Positions 24,471 through 39,099 of a stretch of 64,000 nt of DNA are shown piece by piece. The position numbers were made by a program, and so were the translations under genes. The notes below the pieces were generated by a model. The model had not been told where the DNA came from. It saw only the letters and a list, made by a program, of their open reading frames with translations, and did no database searches. Source of the DNA: Okamejei kenojei (taxonomy: Eukaryota); NCBI GenBank assembly GCA_035221665.1, contig CM069137.1:32240001-32304000 (forward strand), in the 5' to 3' direction. Position 1 is the first letter of the stretch. Each line of letters starts with the position of its first letter.

Positions 24471-25649
24471 CTCATAAGTACATGTTTGCATATACTCATT
24501 ATCAGTGATTTCAGGGCTTACTTGCCCAATTATTTTCCATTATTTCCTTTAAACCACTGACCCCACACACCACTGAGCTTTTTAATTATATCATTTTTAT
24601 TTTCCCCATTTAGTTTAAATTTGTGTTTCCCCTCATCCTCCCCAATTGTCTCACATGTAATGCATATGTTCTTTCTCTTCTAACCACATACACAATCAAA
24701 TATGTTCTATAGTCCACTTCACACTTCATTTGCCTCTCACACTCCAATGTGCCCCGCCACCCAATCTTCCTGTCATGTGCAATATTTTTTCTCGGAATGT
24801 ATTTGTCTGGAAAATACTGGATTATGAACTGCAAACAGTTCATGATATCACAGGTAACTATTTCAAAAAAATGACCCATATCCAATAGCAGAAAACAAAT
24901 GTACTCTGGGAAAAAGTAAATCTAATGACCAGATTTGTTTCATAAGTTCTTTTAAAGTAAAAATTACGCTCAGGTGGTCCATTGAGGTTCAAATCAAATC
25001 AAACCAAAAGGACCACAGGAGGAAGCTTTTTAATCAGGCTCCGAGGTTGAAAAGGATAATAGGGTAACCTGAACATGAAAATGTTTCAGAGGCAATAGCA
25101 GCGAGTGGTTCCCTATAGATGCAGGCATATTTGGGTATAGTAGGAAGTCAAGGATGCACAAGATGATAGATGGAGAAATATAAGAGATCTTGAATGGTTG
25201 CTGGTCTGGAGACAGGTGAGACAATGTGAATGTGGAGACAATGAATACCTTGAAGATAAAGTTAAATTCCTGGCACTGTTGAGCCAAGATTCAACATGGA
25301 TCAGCAAGCATAGGCTTGCAAGGTCTGCCACAATTGTCCGGAGGTAACAAGAACAGAGTTAATGACTACAACCACAGTGCAGAACACAGTGCAGAACACT
25401 CTGTAAGGGCAGAAGAAGATAACATTATATAGGTGGAAGGAAGTGATATCCATGAAGTGGATATGGCATTGAGTCACTGGATGGAGGCAAATAGGTTGCC
25501 AAGCCTTCAACATATCTTGTTGAGCTTGAGCTGATGGTTTGGGAGGAAAATCAAAATTATAGTAAAAGTACAAATTTATGGCAGTGTCCAAATCTTTTAG
25601 CTTTGATTTTCTCATATTCTTGAAATGTTAAGGAAACTATAGATCATCC

Positions 25650-26190
25650 ATTTATCACGCCACCGGGTTATAGACTATCCAGGGAGAATATGAGGTGCTG
25701 TTCGGTTTGAGAAGCGAAATTAAAATGGCTTGCAAACTGGAACTCCAGATATCCACAACAGGCAGAGAGCAGCTACTCGGCAAAGCAGTCATCTAGACTG
25801 TGCTTGGTCTCACTAATGTGGAGGAGGCCACATCAATGGCATCAAATACAATGAGCAAGGTTGGAGGAGGCGCAAATAATTCTCTGCATGACCTGAACGA
25901 GCCGTTTTATAATGATAAGGACAAGTGTTATGCCTCCTACAGATGCAGGATAAAGTGCCTGGGGGAGGGGGGGGGTGGATAAGCCAAGGAGTCATGTAGA
26001 AAGGAGTGGGGAGGGACAATTGCGAGCGATAGAGATGTCACATTACAGCTGGCGGAAACATCGGAGAATAATGTGCTGGATGCAAAGGCTGTTGAGGTGA
26101 AAGGCAAAAACGAGAGAATCTCGATTCTGACTTGGCTGGAGATAGGGTGAAGGTAGAAGTGTGGGAAACCGAAGGGATCCAGGTGAGGCC
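25650..26190 (-). mobile_element. Degraded Penelope-like element fragment (GIY-YIG region)
   Basis: Collinear, by eye, with the better-preserved copy at 35900-36500. Confidence 0.55.
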
Positions 26191-26664
26191 CCCACCTGGG
26201 ATTTTGGAAGAATGAATGGCAATGGCGAATATTTATATGAATATACTATTAATATGAAGACAATTCAAAAGAGACTGCCTGCTGGTGTAAATTCTTATGG
26301 AATTAACAGATTTATGGTCATATCGCTGATTCCCACAACTATTTCTTGTGGTCTTTTAGCAATTTACCCTCTAAACTGTAAAGAATAGTATCTAGATTGC
26401 ATAAACAACTTGATTTGAAAACATTTTTGAATGGAACATTACATTTCTCTACAACAGACAATTTTGTTGTTTCATAAAAATGCCAACACTAAGTGAACAT
26501 CTGAAGGATACAAATCTGAGGTCAAGCATTCATCTCCAGGATAAAATATTCTGTTCTCGTTAGATTTTCCCTGCAACATCTCGATTGAGCACTGACAAAT
26601 CCAATCCAAACTAACCTAAACTAGTCAATAACAAGCAGCTCCGAAATTTGTACTGAGAAGTTAC

Positions 26665-27140
26665 TTAGAGTCATAGAGAGTGATGCAGTGTGGAAACGGC
26701 CCTTTGGCCCAACTTGCCCCACACCGGCCAACATGTCCCAGCTATACTAGCCCCACCTGCCCGCGTTTGGTCCATATCCCTCTAAACCTGTCGTATCCAT
26801 GTACCTGTTTAACTGTTTCTTAAATGTTGGAATAATCCCTGCCTCAACTACCTTCTCTGGCAGCTTGTTCCATACACCCACCACCCTTTGTGTGAAAACG
26901 TTACCCCTCAGATTCCAATTGATTTTTTCCCTTCACCTATAACCTATCTCCTCTGTTCCTCCATTCACCTACTCTAGGCAAAAGACTGTGCATTTACCCA
27001 ATCTATTTCTGTCATGATTTTGTACACCTCTATAAGATCACCCCTCATCCTCCTGCACTCTAAGGAATTGTGTCCCAGCCTACTCAAACTCTCCCTACAG
27101 CTCAGACCCTCTAGTCCTGGCAACTTCCTCGTAAATCTAT
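26665..27140 (-). mobile_element. CR1 LINE 3' fragment
   Basis: RFTRKLPGLEGLSCRE..LECRRMRGDLIEVYKIM, plus 3' UTR. Confidence 0.8.
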
Positions 27141-28957
27141 TTGGAGGAAGACACATGCCTATGGATCCAGCTGCTGCATTATCCAAAATGTTAGATCAAT
27201 GTGGTATTATAAAAGTACTAAAATATTACATGGAGTTGTAATTTAAAACAAAGTCAATTTATTTCAGCTAGTGTAATCATTTCAGAGAAGTGTTGTAATC
27301 AATTAAATTGTACAGATAGCTGAACTTTGAAGTTTAATTAGGAGCTCTATTCACATCAGCTTTTCTAATTACCGGAAATGTGCATGTATTGCGTGAAGGA
27401 GGAAAGTAGCCCAGGCTATTAAACGTGGAACAATGTAAATACATCAAAATAAAATTACCTCCATATTGTCCTCAGTGACTTGTGTGCACTTGTCATCAAT
27501 CTCCTGCTAAGTTTGAACTTATCTTACTCACATCACATAGTGTGAATTGACTATGGAAGTCTTTCTAATCCTCATCAAAATGGCTTTGTAATGTAACAGG
27601 ACATTCTTCCGGCCTGGCGGGGTTGAGAGAGGCCAGAGAAATTTATGCCATAAAATTACTAAAAAATAAATTTTATATTTAAACTAACTTTTTCACACAA
27701 AGGTTGGTGGGTGTATGATGACAATTTGCAGACGAGATTTTCTATAGATTGCTTGGAATTTAGCTTGGTAGCAATAACCATCTACTTGCATTAATTGCCA
27801 TAAAAGTGATCCAAACTACAAATTTATACGAACAGATAAAAATAAATTAGTTCAATTTTTTTTAAGCCAAGGGAATAACAAAGTTTGATGTGCTGCAAAA
27901 AAACATCTTTCAAGTGTTTTTTGTTACAATTACATTTTCAATACAATCAAAGTAAAGCATGCATAATTAAAATGCCAAGTATATAAACATTGGGAAATTA
28001 TATCTTCTACACATTGAAAGATTTCATGCAAATACATTTCCAATTTTACTAGAACACTGGGAATTTTGTACATCAATAATTCTGTATATGGATGTTTTTG
28101 TTTGTGTGAAAGCACCTTCGTTTAAATCACAGTAGACATTAACACTTACACAGTAACTGAATCTTTAAAATGATGAAATATGGATTAATAGATTGTATAG
28201 TTACATTACTGCTCATGGAGTTCAAGCATTTACTGTAGGTTTGAACAGATGACAGAACAACAATGACAAAATGTCAGACATTTTGTAAGAAAAGGACACA
28301 AAGTTAAGCAGCATCTCCGGAGAAGAAGAGGTGATGTCACCTATCTTTGTTCTCCAGAGATGCTGTCTGACCCATTAACTTCCTCCAGCACTTTGTGTCC
28401 TTCTGTGCAAACCAGCATCTGCAGTTCCTTGTTTCTAAACTTTTTGTAAAATTTAATTGATATTAAAACATGTTTTTTAAAGATTGCTTTAGAGATTTAA
28501 GTGGCTCTTACCCAAAATGCTGGATGGAATTATCACCTACAATTGCACCAGAATGTTTTGATGTCCAGTCTTTTCCAACTTATGACTTTTGAGCTGATCT
28601 CCAGTATAAACATTATCTAGTCATTGATCCACTGGGACCTCCTTTGGGCAAGATGAATTTCCAATCAATCGCTAAGGGTCGTACATGTCTAAGGAGATCA
28701 TCTTCACACTTCTTGGGTCAGAGAACCATTAGAACATCAGAGGGAACATTAAGTTAGGTGTAATTTAAAAATAAAACATTAAACCTACTTTTAGGAAACT
28801 GAGGCAATTACAATCTATTCAATTATATTGTATTTTGTAGCTATACTTTGCATAGTGGGAGGTATTATTGATAACGTGACTTACAATTTCAATAGTTATT
28901 TAATTGACATGTAAATAGCAAAGAGTCCATCCTAAATGTAGTAAATATATCAAGTTG

Positions 28958-30585
28958 CAGGTAACCCTCATTATAATGGAACATAAGGGAGGGAATGTGT
29001 AGCAAGGAACAGCAGATGCTGGTTAAAACCAAAGAACACATAAAGCCGGAGTAACTCAGCGGGACTGGAGAGAAGGAATGGGTTATGTTTCAGGTCGAGA
29101 CCCTAATATATATTATCTTCAGACTGAAAGTCACGGGAAAGGGAAACGAGAGGTATAGACAATGGTGTAGCGAGATATACAAGGATGAATGAAAGATATG
29201 CAAAACATTAACAGTGATAAAGGAAACAGGCCATTGTTAGCTGTTTGTTGGGTGAGAAAGATAAACTGGTGCGACGGGTGGTGAGGGATAGAGAGGGAGG
29301 GAATGCAGGGATTACTTGAAGTTAGATAAATCAATATTCATACCACTGGGCTGTAAGCTGCCCAAGTAAAATATGAGATGCTGTTCCTCCAATTTGTGTT
29401 TAGCCTCACTCTGACAATGGAGGAGGCCGAGGACAGAAAGGTCAGAGTGGGAATGGGAAGGAGAATTAGAGTGTTGGAGGAAGTGCAAGTGAACCTCTGC
29501 CTAACATCCCTTCCCAAAAAAAGCACCCCCTCTCCAGGTACTTTCCCCAGTAACCGCTGATGCAGCAACAGCTGTCCCTATACCTCCTTCCTCGACTCAG
29601 TCCTGGGACCCCAACAGTCCTTTCAAGTTAGGCAGAGATTCATTTGTACCTCCTCCAACCTCATCTACTATATCTGTTGTTTAAGATGTGGACTCTCATA
29701 CATCGGCGACACCAAACGTAGACTGGGCAATCATTTTGCTGAACACCTTTGACCTACCAGATCTCCCAGTTGCTAAACACTTTAATTCTCCTTCCCATTC
29801 CCACATTGACCTTGCTGTCCTAGGTCTCCTCCATTTTCAGAGTGAGGGTAAACTCTGAAAGGAAGAGCATCTCATATTTCGCTTGATCAGCTTACAAACC
29901 AGTGGTATGAATATTGATTCTCTAACTTCAAGTAATCCCTGCATTCCCTCTCTCTCCATCCCTCCTTCACCCAAGTCGCACCAGCTTCCCTTTCTCACCT
30001 AACAAACAGCTAACAATGGCCTGTTTCCTTTATCATCGTTACTTTTTTGCATAACTTTCAGCTATTTAACTGTTCAATATCTCTCTACATCAATGTCTAT
30101 ATCCCTTGTATCCCTTTCCCGTGACTTTCAGTCTGAAGAAGGTTCTCGACCCGAAACGTCACACATTCCTTCTCTCCAGAGATGCTGCCTGTCCTGCTGA
30201 CTTACTACAGCTTTTTGTGTTTATAGGAGAGGGAATTATGTCTGTTATAACCAATTCTCCACTATAACCGAGTAGGGGATTCGCTCCAACCACCTCCAGT
30301 AGCTGTCACTCCTTGAAACAACGTTGTTTTCAAATAAAAGTTTTTTTAACATCTAAAAATGCATTTTTGCTACTGCAAGCTAAAGGCTGTTTGTTACATG
30401 TTTCAGGGAGTATCATTGCATAAGTGTCGATCGAAGCAATTGCTTGTCATTTTCATTAACATCCCGCAGTGTAACGAGCAGCCTATGTTCTTATAGAGAC
30501 AGTGGTGTCTGATTACAGTGGGAACGCTCTGTCAGCTATCAACAAAATCCATTATAAAGCAGTCCATAATAACAAGGATAGATTG
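28958..30585. mobile_element. Tigger/pogo-like MITE split by a Penelope insertion
   Basis: Ends CAGGTAACCCTCATTATAA and ATAACAAGGATAGATTG-TA. GAGGGAAT is repeated on both sides of the insertion. Confidence 0.45.
28997..30224. mobile_element. Penelope-like element with inverted 3' ends
   Basis: 28997-~29475 is a minus copy of EN-end plus pLTR. ~29505-30224 is plus-strand GIY-YIG (FQVRQRFICTSSNLIY..YIG) plus pLTR with a hammerhead motif at 30133-30160. Confidence 0.85.
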
Positions 30586-31479
30586 TATAGCAATGAAATC
30601 AGCCACCTGCAAATACAACCATTGCCAAGGTGTTTTTACGGTGTGATAGTAAATGCAACCTGTTTAGTTTGAAACCAAGATAGGGAATCTAAATTTAAAA
30701 GGTAGACATTGAGATCAATTTTAGCTAGCATGGGTTTTCAGAAAAAGCCTGCATGCAGCATAATATACAGTCAAATGCATGGTGCCAGAAGCTTGGCCCC
30801 TGGTTAAACATGTAGCCATTATATTCAATTATATACTTTACAGATCAAATGAATTAAAAATAAATTATAGGTGAAATTTTAAACCCAGAATAGAAATTAT
30901 GATTTGTTCTTAGATTACTAATTATTCTGCGATTAAATTATATACTTTGTTTTGTTTTGCCAATGATGCTTCTGAGGTTTGTGCCTCAACAGTCGGCACA
31001 AATGAAAAGCAATCATTACATATGAACAGCCTTTCAAAGCTTTGATTATAGCATATGAGAAGAGCTGGTTTATAGCTGTGGGAGTGTTATTGAATGGGAT
31101 GGGGAAAGTAATTGGTATAATTTATGCTATATGTAACATCACATAGAATGCAAGTTATCTTAGAAACTAGACTGAAACAAATTTGCATCCTTTTTTGTAT
31201 CAGCATTTAACGCCACTCGTCTCTGCAACACCATTTAAAATGAAAATCCATGTGCTAGCATTCATAACACTTAGCCACAAATGTGACTACTTTTCCATTT
31301 AATCAATGAATCAAATGATTCAAAATTCTCTGACAATATTGCCACCATTTGTTCCTTACTGATTGAATCAAATAATTAAACATAAACAAAAGTGCTATCA
31401 TTTACAGTATTGCATTTAGTCAAATTGCTTTTTTGGACATTATGTGCAAATATTGCGTGTGTAATGGTAATACCAAATA

Positions 31480-31760
31480 TGAGAGGGCATAAATTTAAGG
31501 TGCGGGGTGAACATTTAAAAGGAGATAGGCAAGGCATGTTAGACTGTTAGACAGGTGTCTGGAACATACTGCTGGGTAAGGTGCAAGAAGCAGATACAAT
31601 AGCAATGTTTAAGAGACATTTAAGCAGGCACACGAGCAGGCAGGGATTAGAGGTTCACAGACCATGTTACAGCAGATGGGTCTGGTTAAATTGGTATTAT
31701 GGTCAGCATAGACAACATGTGCCAAAGTTTCCTGTTCCTGTGCTGTACTATTCTATGCTC
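31480..31760 (+). mobile_element. Degraded CR1 3' end
   Basis: RGHKFKV and EADTIAMFKRHL-like remnants, plus tail. Confidence 0.55.
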
Positions 31761-33911
31761 TGTGTAAAATTATCTATTATGTTTATGCATTACAATATTG
31801 ACTTTATTTCTTTGAAGTTGTTGCATCACAAAATTGTGGTGATATGTATTTGGAATGGTCAAAGGCTATGAGGCAGTCTATTGTTAATCAATATGATTCC
31901 TCGAACCAAAATTAAACGACAACATTGATGTCTAAAATAGCAGGTCTTTGAGGCCAAGTCTTCCACTGTTTGTCTGTGTGCACTTGAAAAAACATTGATG
32001 AGTCCTCCCTCAATGGTCCCTCGTTTTCTGCAGCAACATCACTCTTCTCAGAAATATTTTCTGCTGAAGCAGTTTTATTATCTGCCATGGATCAATTGAG
32101 CTGAATGATTCAGGCGTCACAACAAATTGTGTCATTCCAACCATTAAGGAATGGAAAGTTGGTCTTCATTAAAGAAACATAGAAAATCCAACACTGGCAC
32201 ATAAAGAAACATTTTAACAAAAAGTGAAGCAGATGAATACTTGATATGTTCTCAGCCAAACCTTTGAGTGACATGTGTTGCCACTGTAATATTTCACTAT
32301 TAGCAAAAAAGTAGACTTTACTGATGTTGAGTGAAGGCTCATTCAATGTGCATATTAGCAAAGAGCTAACTTGCACTTAGCAACCTTTCTTACATTACAA
32401 CAGTGGCTAATCAGTGAATTAATACTTTAAGAAGAGAGTTTTGCAGATTCTGTGGTTGTGAATTGCACAGTGAATTGTTGTGATTTGTGAATTGCCTGCA
32501 CAGTGTGTCCCTTTTTCCTCTTGTTTACAATTGGTGCCTTTTTGATGTGGGAGCAGATCGCCCCGATGCGGAGGACCCAAACGCCGCCGGCTACGGCAGT
32601 CAAGATCGTGCCATCAACGGAAGGCACAAGCCCCCCGACCGTGGGAGAACAAAGAAGGGAAGAGATTGAACTTTTTTCCGTCTTCCATCACAGTGAGGAA
32701 TGTGGAGCAGTCACTCAGGTGGATGCCTGGGCAGCGAACTGCATGATATTCTGTGGATGATACATACTACTGCCGCAGCAGCGAAAGGAATGACCATTCA
32801 TGTCAATTAAGCAGACAGCTTCATCGTGGATGTAGCAGAGTTTTGGGGGTTTATGCAAGACCCTATATCCAGGTAGTGGAGGTTATTCCAAAGTATGCAT
32901 TTCGACAGTGGAATGTTTTGGGGTCTCAGGAGTTGAGTCACTCACCACCTGATATTCTGGGTTTGTGCTGGACATTAAGTTAATGTGACTGGTCCAATTA
33001 AATTTCTGGATAATGATAACATCAAGGTTGGTTTGATTGGTATGATTGTTTTTTAATCAATCAGATAACAGTATCACAAGTCATTAAGGTAGACAAAAAA
33101 TGCAGGAGTAACTCCGTGGGTCAGGCAGCATCTCTGGACAAAAGGATTAGAACACTTCTTCAGACCCGAAACGGTCACCTATTCCTTTTGTCCTGAGATG
33201 CTGCCTGACCCACTGAGTTCCTCCAGCATTTTAGAAACATAAAACCATAGAAAATAGATGCAGAAATAGGTCATTCAGCCCTTTGAGCCAGCACCGCCAT
33301 TCAATATGATCATGGCTGATCATCCAAAATCAGTACCCCGTGTCTATCTACAATATAAACCAGCATCTGCAGTTCCTTCCTTCACAAGTCAAGTTAGTAA
33401 GGCTAACTTTGCTGATAGCAAGAATATTACTTGCAATAGCCATGAAATTCACTTTTACCTTATTAAACTTTTTTTAAATCCAATTTTACCTTAATATGCA
33501 TAACATATTCAGTTGGACAGAAACAATAAAATGAGGAGTAACATAAATTTTCAATTTGTTAAATTGCCGTTCACTGTTTGTGAACATTGGGAATTGGCAA
33601 TGAATAAATCCCAGTCGGCGCTTTTAATTAAACTGCAGCATATCAAAGCAGACGAAAATTGAAGAAATCTGAAACAGGGGAAATTAGTTAGATGCACCTT
33701 GTAATAACCCAAACTACAGTAATTCTGTAAAGGCCATGGATAAGTAGATTGTGAACATGTACCCTTAAACTGCTTGCGGGTGCTATAGAAGCCACAGTAA
33801 AAGGGGGAGCCGGCGTTCTTTGTAACTTTGTAACTTTGTCAGCGACATAGGTGGCTGCTATTTGTATACACTGGGTAGGCAAGTAAAGAATTTCACTGTG
33901 CCTTTTCATTC

Positions 33912-35640
33912 CATCAGGCAGCATCTCTGGAGAGAAGGAATGGGTGACGTTTCTGGACGAGACCCTTCTTCAGACTAGTCAGAGGAAGGGGAAACGGAAA
34001 ATATATACAGCAATGTGGAGAGATATAGAATAAATGAATGAAAGATATGCAAAAAAGTAATGATGATAAAGGAAACAGGCCATTGTTAACTGTTTGCTAG
34101 GTGAGAACAGGAACCTGGTGCGACTTGGGTGGTGCAGGAGTTACATGAAGTTAGATAAATCAATGCTCATTTATTATGGACGTTCAGTAACTCTACACCT
34201 CCATCCCCCACCAGGATGGCCTTAAAGTTCTCCGTTTCTTCCTCAAACGCTGAACCAACCAATTTCCCTCTACTAATACTCTCCTCCACCTAGCGGAGCT
34301 GGTCCTCACCCTTAACAACTTCTCCCTCGACTACTCCCACTTCTTCCAAATCAAAAGCATAGCATGGGCACTCACTTGGGCCCCAGCTATGCCTGCCTCT
34401 TTATAGGGTACATTGAACAATCCCCGTTCCAGGCATACACTGGCCCTATCACCGAACTCTATCTCCATTACATTGATGACTGTATCGGTGCTATCTCTTG
34501 CAGCCATGCCGAACTCATGGACTTTATTAACTTCACCACCAATTTCCATCCTGCACTTGAACCATTTCCAACACATCCCTCCCATTTCTTGATCTCATCA
34601 TCTCCTTTACAGGAGATAGACTATCGACCAACATCTATTACAAGTCCCACAACTATCTCGACTACACTTCTTCCGACCCTGCTTTCAGCAGATTCTATCC
34701 CCTACTCCCAATTCCATCTACGCTGTATCTGTGCCCGAGATGAGATGTTCCATACCAGGACATCCAAGATGTCCTAATTCTTTAGGCAAGGAGCATTCCC
34801 CCCCTCCTCTAATATGTCTCTGTAGTACCCTGCAGCTCTGCCTTGCTCCCCCTTTCCTTAGTCACAGCAGGGACAGAATCCCCATAGCCCTTACCTTCCA
34901 TCCCATTAACTGTCGCATATAACACATAATCCTTGGCCATTTTCGCCACCTCGAACCCACCACTAGTCACATCTTCCCATCTACAACCCTTTCCACCTTC
35001 TGCAGAGACCGTTCCCTCAACAACTCATCGCTTCCCAACCTAACCACCCTCTCCCAAGGTACCTTCACCTGCAACCACAGGAGATTCAACACCTGTCCCT
35101 ATATCCCCTCCCTCGACTATGTCCATGGACCCCGACAATCCTTACAGGTTAGACTGAGATTCACTTGCACCTCCAACCTCATCTACTGTATCCGTTGTTC
35201 AAGATGTACATTGGCCGATCATTTTGCCGAATATCTTCGCTCAGTCTGCCTGAACCTACCTGACCTCCTGGTTGCCAAACACTTTAATTCCCCTTCCCAT
35301 TCCCACACTGACCTTTCTGTCCTAAGCCTCCTCCATTGTCAGAGTGAGGCTAATCAAAATTTGGAGGAACAATTTTGCTTGGGCAGCTTATAACCCATTG
35401 GTATGAATATTGATTTCTCTAATTTCAAGTAACCCGTGCATTCCCTCCCTCTCCATCCCTCCCCACCCAATTCACACCAGGTTCCCATTCTCATCCAACA
35501 AATGGCTAACAATGGCCTGTTTCCTTTATCATCGTTACTTTTGAGCACATCTTTCATTCATTTGTTCTATATCTCTCTACATCACTGTCTATATCCCTGG
35601 TTTCCAGTTCCCCTTACTAGTCTGAAGAAGGACACAAAAA
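33912..35640 (+). mobile_element. Penelope-like element (RT, GIY-YIG, pLTR) preceded by an inverted pLTR
   Basis: MGTHLGPSYACLFIG..YIDDCIG; HFAEYLRSV..VAKHFNSPSH. Minus-strand pLTR at 33912-34170. Confidence 0.85.
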
Positions 35641-37645
35641 TCTGGAGTAACTCCGCAGGACAGGAAGCATCTCTGGTGAGAAGGAATGGGTGACATTTCG
35701 GGTTGAGACCCTTCTTCAGACTGGTTTGGGATAGGGGACACAAGAAATATAGACGGTGGTGTGAAGAGATAAATATCAATGAATGAAAGAAATGCAAAAA
35801 AGTAACGATGATAAAGGAAACAGACCGTTGTAAGCTGTTTATAGGGTGAAAATGAGAAGCTAGTGTGATTTGGGTGGAGGAGGGATAGAGAGAGGGGATG
35901 CTGGAGCTACCTGAAGTGCGAGAAATTAATACTCATACCACTGGGATGTAAGCTGCCCAAGCGAAATAGGAGATGCTGTTCCTCCAATTTGCATTTAGAC
36001 TCACTCTGACAATGGAGGAGACCAAGGACAGAAACATCTGTGTAGAAATGGGAAGGAGAATTAAAGTGTCCAGCAACCGGGAAATCAGGTTGGTTCACGC
36101 GGGCCGAAGGATGGTGTTCTGCGAACCGATCGCCCAGTCTGCGTTTGGTCTCGCCGATGTATAGGAGTCCACGTGAACAATGGATACAGTAGATGAGGTT
36201 GGTGGAGGTGCAAGTGAACCTCTGCCTAAACTGAAAGGATTGTCAGGGTCCCTGGTCTGAGGTAAGGGAAGAGGTATAGCGACAGGTGTTGCATCTTCTA
36301 TGGTTGCAGGGGAAGGTACCTGGGGAGGGGGTGGTTTGGGTGCGAAGGGATGAGTTAACCAGGGAGTTGCGGAGGGAATAGTCTCTGCTGAATGCGAAAA
36401 GGGGTGGATATGACAAAACGTGGTTAGTGGTGGGATCCCGTTGGAGGTGACGGAAATTTTGGAGGATTATTTGTTGTATGCGACAGCTGATGGGCTGGAA
36501 GGGGGACTCTGTCTCTGATGTGACTAGGGGGAGAGGGAGCAAGGCGAGAGCTGCGGGGTACCAAGGAGACACGAGTGAGGATCTCATCTACGATGGGAGA
36601 GGGGAACCCCCGTTCCCTCAGTGGGTTTGTAATAGACGTTGGTCAATAGTCTATTTCCTATGATGGAGACTGTGTGATCAAGAAAGGGGAGGGAGGTGTC
36701 GGAGATGGTCCAAGTAAATTTGAGTGTAGGATGGAAATTAGTGATGAAGTTGATGAAGTCCGTAAGTTCTGCATGGGTGCAGGAGGTAGCTCCGATGCAG
36801 TCATCAATGTAGCGGAGGTAGAGTTCGGGGATAGGGCCAGTGTACGCCTGGAACAGGGATTGTTCAATGTACCCTACAAAGAGGCAGGCATACCTGGGGC
36901 CCATGGGTGTGCGCATAGCTATGCCTTGGACTAGGAGGAAGTGGGGAGAGTCAAAAGAGAACTTGTTGAGGGCGAGGACCAGCTCCGCTAGGCGAAGTAG
37001 TGTTAGTAGGGGGAAATTGGATGGTTCTGCGTTTGAGGAAGAAACGGAGGGTTTTAAGCCTTCCTGGTGGGGGATGGAGGTTTGGAGTGACTGATCATCA
37101 TTGTAAAGATAAGGGAGTGGGAGCTCGGAAAATGGAAGTCATTAAAGAGACGAAGGGCCTGTGAGCTATCTTGGACATAGGTCAAGAGAGATTGGATCGG
37201 GGGGAGATATGATGTAGTCGAGGCATGTGGAAATCATTTCCATGGGACAAGAGAACGCAGAAACAATGGGTCTGCCAGGGCAGTTAGGTTTGTGGATTTT
37301 GGGGAGAAGGTAAAAACGGGCTGTGCGGGTCTGGGAAACGATAACGTCGGAGGCTGTGGAAGGCAGACAGCCAGAAGTGATGAAGTCAGTAATGGTGTTT
37401 AAAATTAAAGCCTGGTGTTCATCTGTGGGATCATGGTCCAAGGATAAGTAGGAGGAGATGTCTGAGAGTTGTTGCCTGACCTCAGCCCAGTAGAGGTCAG
37501 CAGGACAGACTATCACAGCACCTCCTTTGTCGGCGGGTTTGATTATGTCAGGGTTGCTGCAGAGTGAGCGGAGGGCTGTATGTTCAGAGGGGGTGAGGTT
37601 GGAGTAGGTAATGGGAGTAGAAAAGTTGTGATGGTTGATGTCACG
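35630..37645 (-). mobile_element. Penelope-like element (RT and GIY-YIG), degenerate
   Basis: NLTPSEHTAL..IIKPADKGGAV; FYLLPKIHK..PGRPIVS; MGPRYACLFVG..RYIDDC; EEQHLLFRLGSLHPSGMSI. Confidence 0.9.
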
Positions 37646-38950
37646 GGGCGGGGAGAGGGGGGGGGGGAGAGGGGGGGGGAGGGGGGGAGGGGGGAGGGAG
37701 AGAGGGAGGGGGAGAATGAGGGGGAGAATGAGGGGAAGAAGGAGAGAGAAATTAAATAGAAAGTCACATAAAGGCTGCAGTCTTAGTAAACAGTTGGAGT
37801 GTTGTTGACAGCAATTTAAGATAATGTCATCCATTATCCTTTCCATTAAACAGTGCCACTTACTTTAGGAAAGAGAAAATAACTTAAAATTAAGAATCAA
37901 GAATACAAAGAGAGAGTTAATACACATTAATTTAGTATTTTATCTTATGCAGATGTTTTTAAAAAAATCTCTCATTGTTAGCTGTATGGATCAAATGTCC
38001 AATAAATTCAGATTTAGCTCAACTAGTATCACTGTGTTGATCCGCAGCACAATTCAATCCATGATTCTGCATAAATTGAATCTCATTTAAGCAGTGCACA
38101 CAGATGGTTGGTAAGGAGTATCATAGATTTAAGGTACAAGAATCAAGGATTACGTTTGCGAAAGTGGATTGAAAGCCACATAACAGAAGGAGATTTAATC
38201 TGCATCCATCTTGTTTGATGATTGAATACCAAAAAGATAGGAACGTGTTCTATTTCATTTTCAGATGAAGAATTTCAACTGTTCTCAAAGAGCTGCAAGT
38301 TATTAATTATTCCACAGCCTTGTTACTCTTTCATTTGTCAGGGAACTATTTCAAATCTCGCAGAAGAGACTTATTGCAGTTAACTGAATGCTGGAATAGT
38401 TTTCCATGTTCAGTGTTGATAAGTAATTTTGTATTTTTGTATCCTTCTGCTATTCAGAACTGAAGACCTTAAAGAAAATAGTACGGAGCACGTTCTCTGC
38501 TGGCTAAAAATTAATGTACAATATGATCAACCAGCTAAAGGCAAAAGTCAAGGAAATAACAGAAGCAATTGTTTTCACACAAGCTTGCAGACAGAGGGAA
38601 GTCAATGGAAATGTTGCATCCCTTCTAGCATATCTATTAAAGGATTACAACATTGATCATCAATGATAGTAAAACAATATTGCTGACAGGTGAGTGGGAG
38701 CATTTGTGTGAAAGCCAAACAGTGTCTCATGCTGGCAAAATGGTGTTCATAGACTGCCTCCTTGTAAAGAAGCTCATCGTTTTATTTTCCATTTGATCAA
38801 ATTATTTGGGCATATACAAGGAGGGAATAAAAAAAGATTACTGCCTGTTCCAAATTATGAATGTGGTAAATTATGAGGAAGTTTGCAGGGGTCTACACAA
38901 AAATACTGGGCAATGATTCTAGGAAATGATTAGACTCACACATTGTGATT

Positions 38951-39099
38951 NNNNNNNNNNNNNNNNNNNNNNNNNNNNNNNNNNNNNNNNNNNNNNNNNN
39001 NNNNNNNNNNNNNNNNNNNNNNNNNNNNNNNNNNNNNNNNNNNNNNNNNNNNNNNNNNNNNNNNNNNNNNNNNNNNNNNNNNNNNNNNNNNNNNNNNNN
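38951..39099. other. Assembly gap (N run)
   Basis: Run of N next to a GA-rich tract. Confidence 1.

Noticed and set aside
31910-32090. Minus-strand ORF MADNKTASAENISEK..
   Set aside because: Short, with no homology recognised and no clear splice partner.
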